In this document: positions 54,855 to 64,000 of the stretch, in pieces
Numbering within the stretch: the first letter of the stretch is position 1
How the letters are laid out: each line of letters opens with the position of its first letter
From: the human T2T-CHM13v2.0 reference genome, Homo sapiens
Strand: one strand, 5' to 3'
Length of the DNA: 64,000 nt
Assembly (NCBI RefSeq): GCF_009914755.1
Contig: NC_060945.1
Notes under the pieces: model-generated
The model's database searches: none
What the model saw: the letters and a program-made list of their open reading frames with translations, nothing else
Told to the model about the DNA's origin: nothing
Program-made: the position numbers and the translations under genes

Positions 54855-55280
54855 TTATGCTAAATGAAATAAGCCAGACGGAGAAAGACAAATACTGCAG
54901 GATCGCACTTATATGTAGAATCTTAAAAAAAAAAAAAAAAAAAAAAAGTTGAATACATAGAGAATAAAGTGGGGTTCTCAGGGGAGGGTGTAGGGGCAGG
55001 AAATGGAGAGGTGTGGATCAAAGGGTGCAAAGCTGCAGATGTGTAGGATGAAGAAGTCCAGAGACGGAAGATACAGCTGACAGCCAGAGGTATAATATCT
55101 TATTGAATACTGAAAATTTGCCCACAGCAGATTTTAGTTTCGGTTACCATGAAAAAAAAGTAAAAAAAGTAACAATGCAAGATGATAGATATGTTAATTT
55201 GCTTGATGACAGCGCTCATTTCACTATTATGAATATAGCAAAACATCCCATTGTACACCTTAAATACGTACAGTAAAAAG
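54855..55280 (+). mobile_element. LINE-1 3' end (L1MA/MB-type)
   Basis: ggacattatgctaaatgaaataagccagacggagaaagacaaatactgc...ttgtacaccttaaata. Confidence 0.8.
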
Positions 55281-55289
55281 AATATTATT

Positions 55290-55599
<310 letters not shown>

Positions 55600-55624
55600 C
55601 CAAAAGAATATTATTTAAAAATCA

Positions 55625-55907
55625 GGCAGGGCACAGTGGCTCACACCTGTAATCCCAGCACTTTGGGAAGCTGAGGCAGGTGGATCACCTGAGGTCTGGA
55701 GTTCCAGCCGGGCCAACATAGTGAAACCCCATCTCTACTAAATATATAAAAATTAGCCAGGCATGGTGGTGTACGCCTGTAGTCCCAGCCACTCGGGAGG
55801 CTGAGGCAGGAGAATCACTTGAACCCAGGAGGCAGAGGTTGCAGTGAGCCTAGATCATGCCACCGCACTCCAGCCTGGGTGACGGAGTGAGATTCTGCCT
55901 CAAAAAA
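55625..55907 (+). mobile_element. Alu (AluS)
   Basis: Near full-length sense Alu. Confidence 0.92.
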
Positions 55908-56813
55908 GTGAAAATAAAACTATACAAATAAATATCACAATATGCTCACATTTAATGGTGAAATATTGAGACCTTGTCCTCTGAAATGGAGAGTTATACA
56001 AGAAGGTGCTCTAGTACCACATCTGTTCAACATTTGACTTGGGTTCCAAGTCAGTGCAATAAAGGCAAAAAAAATAGAAGGAACTATTATGCGTAGAGCT
56101 GCCATGAACATTCATAGACCAATCTTTGTGTGGACACACGTTTTCATGTATATTTACCTTTATAAGAAACCCTCCAAATGTTCCCCAAAGTGGTTGGACA
56201 GTTACGCATTCCCACCAGCACAGTGTGAGAGCTCCTGTTACTCCCCAGCCTTGTGTAAACCTGGTATTTTCCATTTTAGCTCTTCTGGTGGGTGTGCTGT
56301 GGAATCACATTGCGGTTTTAATTTTCATTTCCCTGATGACTAATGATGTTGAGCATCTTTTCATGTCTATGTATATATCTTCTTTTTAAAAGTATCTTTT
56401 TTGATACTTTGCCCATTCTTAAAATAGATGCTTGTTTTCTTATTATTTGTTATAAGTATATATAAAATATTCTGTATATTCTAGAAACAAGTCCTTTGTC
56501 AGCTATATGTATAGTGATACTTTCTCCCAGTCTGTGGTTCACCTTATTATACTCTTTAAGATGTCTTTCAAAGAGCAGAAGTTTTCAACTTTGGTGAAGT
56601 ACAGTTCATCAAGTTTTTCTTTTGTTGGTTTATTCGCTTTATGTCCTAAGAAAGTTTTGCAAACTCCAACATAGCAAACATTTTTTTTCTAGGTTTTCTT
56701 AAGGAGTTTTATAGTTTTAGCATTTACATTTTGAGTTAATTTTTGTATATAATGTGAGGTAAGGGTTGAGGTTCGTTTTTCCTCCTACCAATATGCAGTT
56801 TTCCTAGCACTAA

Positions 56814-57087
56814 TTTTTTTTTTTTTTTTTTTCAGACAGGGTCTCATTCTGTCACCCAGGCTGGAATGCAGTGATGCAATCACAGCTCATTGCAGCCTCG
56901 ATTTCTTGGGCTTAAGCCATCATCCCACTTCAGCCTCCTGAGTAGCTGGAACTAATGCCACCATGTCTTTTTTTTTTTTTTTAAGAGACGGAGTCTCACT
57001 CTGCTGCCCTGGCTGATCTCAAACTCCTGGGCCCAAGTGATCCTCCCACTTTGGCCTCCCAAACTGCTGAGATTATGGGCATGAGCC
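56814..57087 (-). mobile_element. Alu (AluJ-like)
   Basis: Antisense, diverged two-arm Alu. Confidence 0.88.
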
Positions 57088-58063
57088 TCTAGCACCATTT
57101 ATCAAAAGCATTATCCTTCCCCCATTGAATTTCATTGGCATCCTTGTTGAAAATCAATTGATTGTAGGTGTGAATCTTTTTGCACTACCCAATGACACAC
57201 TATGACACACCATGGCAACCTGATTTGTAAATGTTTATGAAAAAGCAAAGGACAAAACCAGAGGGTTTAGCACTATAGTGATTAAAACAGTGTAGAATGG
57301 GCACAAAGAGGGACAAATCAAACAAGAGAGCACACAAGTTAGAAAAACTAATCCATATACAGTCACTTGATTTACAATAAGCCTCCTACTGCAATTCACT
57401 GGGCAAAGGATAGCCCTTTCAATGCGGAAGTAGATGAAAGTTTACCCCTACCTCACACCATACACAGAATGAATTCAAATGGATCATAGAGCTAAATATG
57501 AAGAGCAAAAGTAGCAAAACTTCTAGAACAAAACATAGATGATCTTCATCGATGTTGGATTAACAACAATCTCTTGAACAGGATGCAGAAAACTCTAACC
57601 AGAGTTCCCACAAATTGATAAGAAAAGCAAACAACCTAGTGAAAAAAAAAAAAGAGCAGAATATCTGAACAGGAACTTCCCCAGAGAGGATATTCAAATG
57701 GGCAATAAGCCTGTGAAATGGTGCCCAATATCATTATCCCTCAGGGAAATACAAATGGGAACCACAGGGAGATACAACTACACACCACCCCCACCACAGA
57801 GTGGCTAAAATTAGGGACTGATAATATTAAGTGTGAATGAGGATATAGAGCTTTGTACAACTGCTTGGCAGTTCCTAATGGAGTTTCACGTGCTCTGTGA
57901 TCCAACAACCCCACTCCTAGATGCACACCTAACAGAAATGCATGCACAAGGCACTCAAAGACACAAGAACGTCCTCAGCAACATTAGTTACAATAGCAAA
58001 ACAACTGAAAACTTCCTGAATGCATATCAACAGAGAAATGGATAAATGAATTATGTTATATTT

Positions 58064-58372
<309 letters not shown>

Positions 58373-58646
58373 GGTATATTTATTAATCAAATACTACACA
58401 GCAATAACAGTGAACTAACTGTGGCTACAAGCAATAATGTGGATAAATTTTACAGGCATAATTTGAGGAAAAAGAAATGAGATATGATAGAGAATATGCT
58501 ATATGGTTCTATTTACATAAGGCTCAACCACAGGCACAATTCATATACAAGTGATACAGCAGTTTACTTTCTGGGGGAGGGAGGAGATAACTGGAGGAGG
58601 CTGAGCTGGGGGCAGAGGTGCATCTGAGGTTCTGAGAATGTTCCAG

Positions 58647-58856
58647 AGCAGGCTATCTCCACCTTGGCACTAGTGAAATTTTGTTGGGGAGACTGTCCTG
58701 GGCACTGTGACATTCCCAGCCTCTACCCACTAGTGCCGGTACCACGATGTCCACCCCACCCACCACCACCCCCGCCTCATTTTGGAAACAAAAATGTCTC
58801 CAGACATTGCCAAATGTCCCCTTGGGTGGAGGAGGTACAAAATTCCCCTGGTTGCC
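58647..58856 (+). mobile_element. MER20-like hAT element, about 0.6 kb upstream of UBASH3A
   Basis: cctctacccactag...acaaaaatgtctccagacattgccaaatgtcccct. Confidence 0.78.
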
Positions 58857-59483
58857 CTGTTTGATTTTGGGTCGTGGGGGAATTAGGGGTGTGGGCTCAT
58901 TTATGGAAATTCCTTGAGCTATACACATATGATTCATCAACTTTTCTGTACACATATAAAGCTTTTAAAGTTTTTAAAATAAAAAAACAAGTCAATGAAT
59001 GACTGAAAGAACCAGTAAGTTTTCCAGCAATCCGAGACAATAGATAGAGTGGGGTTTAATGTCTTGTTCACAGACAAGGAGACTGGGATCCAGGGTGGGT
59101 CAGGGCAGGGGGCCAGCAGGATCCAGGAGGGAACTCATTCCCTGACTTCTCCTCGGCTTCCTTCACCCATGCTCTCACGCATTCTTGCTCCCGAATACTA
59201 GCCAAGTCCCTACAGAGGCTGATCCCGTGCAGGGGCTCGGTTGGACCTTTAGCCTCAAACTCCCGTGGTGGAAACAGTTAGGATTGGTGGACGCTGCACC
59301 CAGCATCCTGCAAACAGAATTCTGAAAACTGATATCTCGTGCAAACAGGATATCAACTTTTGTCAGAAAGATCAAAAAGAGCTTGAGGTTTTTCTTCACA
59401 GCCTCAGCCTTGCCTCTCCCCCTCTTGCTTTATCTCCTCATTTCTGTGTGCAGGCGAGCTTCTTGGCCTAAGGGCAGGAAGAG

Positions 59484-59596
59484 ATGGCAGCGGGGGAGAC
59501 GCAGCTCTACGCCAAGGTCTCCAACAAGCTCAAGGGCCGCAGCAGCCCCTCCCTCCTGGAGCCCCTCCTGGCCATGGGCTTCCCGGTGCACACCGC
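59484..59596 (+). CDS. UBASH3A: UBASH3A exon 1 coding part
   Basis: ATG at 59484; donor GC|gtgagt; 113 nt. Confidence 0.94.
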
Positions 59597-61898
59597 GTGA
59601 GTACTGCCCAGAGACCCCGGGGCCCAGCCAGTAAGGCTGGTGCCAGACCCTGCTGCGGCCCCCGGCATGGAGCTGCAGGGGTGTAGGGTACGGCTTCCTG
59701 CCAAAGCAGTGCACCTTGCAGGGTAAGACACTGCCTCTTCACAGGGCCCTCTTCTGCTTCTCGTAAATGAGGTGATCTTGACCAAGCTTGTCCAACCCAC
59801 ATGAGGCCCAGGACAGCTTTGGGCTTAAGCCATCATCCCACCTCAGCCTCCTAAGGCTGCCCTGTTCAATTTGTGTTGGCTGCCCAACACAAATTGGTAA
59901 ACTTTCTTAAAATATTATGAGATTTTTTTTTAGCTCATTAGCTATTATTAGTGTTAACGTATTTTATGTGTGGCCCAGGGAGGCACAAGAATACCCCTGA
60001 TATTCTTGACCTTTTAAAGACCAGCTCGGCTGGCTGACTGGGGGACCCTGAAATTTGTGAAAATCAGAAGCCATGTATTACTCTGGGTGCCCCATTTTGG
60101 GGGTTTGGAGGAGATTGGGGCCTGGTTGTAATCTCTTTGTGTGCAGCTCAGTGACTCTGAAAGTGGCGTTTCAAGATATTCAAACTCTAACGTGAAAGGC
60201 CCCAAAGCCCGCTGAGTCTCTAACACTGGGACCAACTGTCAGCAGGGCTGTGCTTCCACGCTGCCCGGGGAAAGTCACTTGTCCTCAGAGACAATCCCTT
60301 GAGTGTCTGATAACGAAACAAATGGGTAGGAAACTTCAGACACAGTGTGAGCGCGACCCTGCTTACCCAAGGGAAAGGCCTGCATGTGGAAGAGCTTAGC
60401 CTTCAGAGTTACCGCTCTCGGAGAGGGAGGCCACGACACCAACATTGGGTTACAGCTTTCATGGCAAACCAGTGCCTTAAATCTGACCCATTCATTTTTT
60501 CACATGGAAAAATGTATCAGAAACACACTTTAAATCTGACCCATTCATTTTTTCACATGGAAAAATGTATCAGAAACACACTTTAGGTAACTTTGGGTTG
60601 GGGAAGGAGCTAAACTTTCCTTCCACACTATAACAAAAGCTTGGCCAAATTGGGTGAAGTAACTCTGAAGCTAGACAAACCCATTTCTTCTCCCCAAATC
60701 AGGGCTTTGTCGTCACTGTTATGTTCAAGCTAAGCCAGGGGCCTTTGAATGGGGAGTGGGGTCAGGCATGTGCAGGGCGGCCACGGGGCACCGTCCAGGC
60801 ATTACAGACAAGGCAGCTTTTGTCCACTGCTCACCACCCAGTGCAGGCAGGACACTGGGCCCAGAGAGTGCATTAGTGGCGGAGGTGGAACCCGAACCAG
60901 CTCTCCATGCCTTTGAAGGAGTCCACGCTGGATTTTACTACTAAACCTATAGCATGGACTTCTACTCAAAATTCCTTCCAGTTTAAACATTAAGCACATG
61001 TTGGAGGAAGAGAAATGTGTGTTAATTTCCCCACACCAGAGCACCTCATAGTAAGGGCCCTGCACCAAGGCTGCCTTGTTCAAACCTCTCCAGGTGGCCA
61101 CAGCCCCATCGGTGCCCACCCAAATAGCAGCATTCGGCATCATGTGGTGCGTTCCTCATGGACGCCCGCTGTTTCCAGTCTGCATTCCTGATAAATTACC
61201 TTTGCTATATTCCATTCTGTTTCATTTGGTCCAGTTCTGCCCAATTCAATGCAATGTACTTACGTCCCGGGTTACCGTGATGAATAAGACTCAGTCCTGT
61301 GTTCAGGGAGTTCTTGGTCTAGCAGGGGAGAGCCGTGGGTGCAAGGGGACTGTGTAAGCCGTAACAAGTGCCTGCCTGGGTGCTTTGGAAAGGGCTGTTT
61401 CCCAGCAGAGAGGTGTGGGAGGCGAGCCTGGGGATCAGGGTCGCTGATGCTGGGGTGAGGAAAGCGTGTGTCCGAGCCAGGGGCACGTTCCGCAGGGTGG
61501 GTCCATTTGATCTAGGCAGTGGGGGGGGTGGGGGCAGGCCAGGGAGAGGGATTGCAGGAGCGGGCGGAGGTCAGGTCCTCAGCCCTGAGACCCCGTGCCA
61601 AGGGCTGAAGCGGGTAGCCAGGGAAGGACAGTGAGGGGGAGGTGTGAGCTGGTCAGCATTGTCCAAAACCACGATGGCAGCACTCAGGGGACAGGCGCTA
61701 GAACTTCCAGCTGGAAGTTCAGCATCAGGCCCTCTTCAGAGCACCCCCCAAAGATCCTGGGTGTGCAAGGCTACACCCTGCCTCTCTGACCCTTTTCCCA
61801 AGAATGGGCGACGTGACTCTGTGTCTGTGTCTGCTCTTCTGCAGGCTGAAAGCGTTGGCAGCCACGGGGAGGAAGACGGCGGAGGAGGCCTTGGCCTG
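59484..61898 (+). CDS. UBASH3A: UBASH3A (STS-2/TULA) 5' partial CDS join(59484..59596,61845..61898), UBA domain; gene continues beyond the window
   Basis: Encodes MAAGETQLYAKVSNKLKGRSSPSLLEPLLAMGFPVHTA|LKALAATGRKTAEEALAW, with the MGF UBA motif; GT..AG intron. Confidence 0.95.
59782..59999. mobile_element. MER30-like hAT MITE in UBASH3A intron 1, carrying an internal insertion
   Basis: caagcttgtccaaccc..ggcccaggacagcttt ... gcccaacacaaattggtaaactttcttaaaa.attatgagattttt..tagctca..gtattttatgtgtggccca. Confidence 0.7.
60477..60584. repeat. Perfect 53-bp tandem duplication in UBASH3A intron 1
   Basis: ttaaatctgacccattcattttttcacatggaaaaatgtatcagaaacacact x2, identical. Confidence 0.95.
61845..61898 (+). 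CDS. UBASH3A: UBASH3A exon 2
   Basis: ttctgcag|G CTG AAA...GCC TG|gtgagt; 54 nt. Confidence 0.93.
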
Positions 61899-64000
61899 GT
61901 GAGTGCAGCTGCTTCTGTAGACCCAGGGGCGTTTGGGCTGAATTCCCTGTGCCTAAGGACTCCCTCCCACCAGGGCTGATACCAGGAAGAGCCGGGCGCC
62001 TCTGGGTGGGATGGGGCCACTGCGGAAGTGAAACAAAATAACCTCCCTGCCTACCCATAGTGCACTGAGGGAGGGGCACAGGGCTTTGGTTAACCATGGA
62101 AAGAGAAAGAGAGAACTCTGAACAAGGCTTTCTTCACTTACAAACCTGATTCAATCCAATTTGACTGCCAAGAAGAACAGGTTCATGTGCTTTGTTGAGT
62201 AAATGGGGAAGACATGATTGTTGTGTTGTGATAAGCACGTAAATGAGGGTAATTGTTAGAATAAAGTAATTAGGTTAAAAATGGTAACATTTGGGTTTTA
62301 TATTAGTACTGCTAATATTCAGCCTATTTCAGTAATTGAAGAGCAGGCTGGGATTTTGCATACTTGTGTTTGATTATGTCCTCCTCAACTGCCTACTACG
62401 ATGGATAAGATTGAGATAGATAGGAGGATGTTTGTGTTTATTGATGGAAAGATTTGAGACATAATTGACATCTTTGCTGATAGAGACTAGCGGCCACCAT
62501 GCTCTCGGGCTGCCTCTGAGGGGAAGGGAGTTTACTGGTGGTCATGAAGCCAGGTGTGTGGGTCTAAGGGTGCCAGGTGTGTGGGTCGGGTGAGGGCTCT
62601 GATTTGAGGTGACCTCACCAGGTACCAGCTGCGTGAGTGATTCTTCAAGCCACCCACTGCCATGGGCCTGTTCTCTGCTCTGGGGATGGAGAGGAGGGCC
62701 ACCGTTTCTCTAAAACCCTCTCCTACCCGGATGTGCTGTGGGGAGTCCTTCATCCTCTGCCCTGAGATAGCCACGGGGAAAATCAAACAATAAAAACCAG
62801 GTCCTGGGAGGCTGGAGTGTCCTCTCCAAAGCAGGAGGGCAGATACTGATCCTGGGTCTCTGAACGTGCAGTGTTCCCAATGGGATGCCCCCTCCTCCTC
62901 CAGAAAGTGTAGGCCACGGGCAAAATGGGCAACCCCTTCACAGAGTCCACTAAAGCCAGTTGCCAATTTTGGATCAGAAACAAGCCCACTGCTGTGAAGG
63001 GCATGGCCAGCACCTGCCCACTGCAACCCAGTCAATAAGACTAGGAACCCCACCAAAAAATAGGGAGGCAATGGGGTCCCCTAGACTGTCAAGAGCACCC
63101 CAACCTCTCACTAGTAACCAGGGAGGTGGTGCAAATTAAGATATCATTAGAGCAAACAAGGTAACTCCAAGTGTTGATGAGGGTGAGGGAAGCGGGGCCT
63201 CACACGTCACTGGTGTCACTGAGGAAGGCAGTGCTGGGTATCTGCCAACCTTGGCAACATGCACAGCCCACCAGCCTCCGTCGTGCGTCTAAGCAGATTC
63301 CCTGGAGAAATGCAAGGAGCCTAAAGAGACATGTACAAAGATCTTGATTGCAGGGTTATGAAATGGTTTTAAAATAAAATAATTTAGATGTTCATCAATG
63401 CGGGAATGAACAAGTGCAACATTGTATATGTATACATGAACTATTACACAGCCTTTAACAAATTCGCGCTGACAAACTTCACTAGACACGTGTGTATCAA
63501 CAGGGATTAATTGAAAAGACATGGTAGAGGAAAAATGCCAGTTGTAGAATAATTTGAATAACAGCTTATGATTTATGTAAAACAAGTGCTATCTATAAGT
63601 CCGTTACTTAAATTTCTGGGAGAAGGCAAAGCAGCTTCACCCTCTGGGTGAACCCTGGAAAGGGGGAGGGTGGGAACCACGATGGAGAGGAGTGGTAACT
63701 TCTTCTGTGATTTTTATTGAAGAGAATATGGTCTTGCGTAAGTTCTGTTTCCTCTAGTGATTGAATACTACTTTCTAAATTGAAAATTATATCACAGGCA
63801 CTTTGCTGAGTAATTAGAAATTCTTCCAAACCATGATTTCTAATGAATGCACGGTAAATAGATTTGCTATCAGTTATGGAGTTTTTCTTCTTTCTTCTAA
63901 ATAACCCTAAATAACCTTCTAACTTTCTTCTAAATAGCCCTAAATAGATGGTTCATGTGCAAAGTTTTGCCTATACAGTACTTTGTGCTCTTTCCTCGGG

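Overview
Human genomic DNA from chromosome 21q22.3. The minus strand carries three complete genes: TFF2 (4 exons, 129 aa), TFF1/pS2 (3 exons, 84 aa) and TMPRSS3 (13 exons, 453/454 aa type II transmembrane serine protease, the DFNB8/10 gene). The plus strand carries the first two coding exons of UBASH3A, divergent from TMPRSS3. All exon boundaries were read from the sequence and give GT-AG introns with consistent phases. The rest is mostly Alu, L1, MaLR/ERV LTR and DNA-transposon relics plus several minisatellites; repeat family names come from recalled consensus similarity, not a RepeatMasker run. This is a well-studied locus and I found no convincing new gene or system. The most unusual observations are: (i) a complex templated insertion in UBASH3A intron 1, apparently copied from an Alu 2.9 kb away; (ii) a near-perfect 38-bp inverted repeat inside an old L1; (iii) a 20-bp CACACCC-containing tandem repeat just downstream of the 3' end of each of the three minus-strand genes; (iv) an apparently L1-derived alternative C-terminus and poly(A) signal in TMPRSS3; (v) two different in-frame N-terminal extensions of TMPRSS3.
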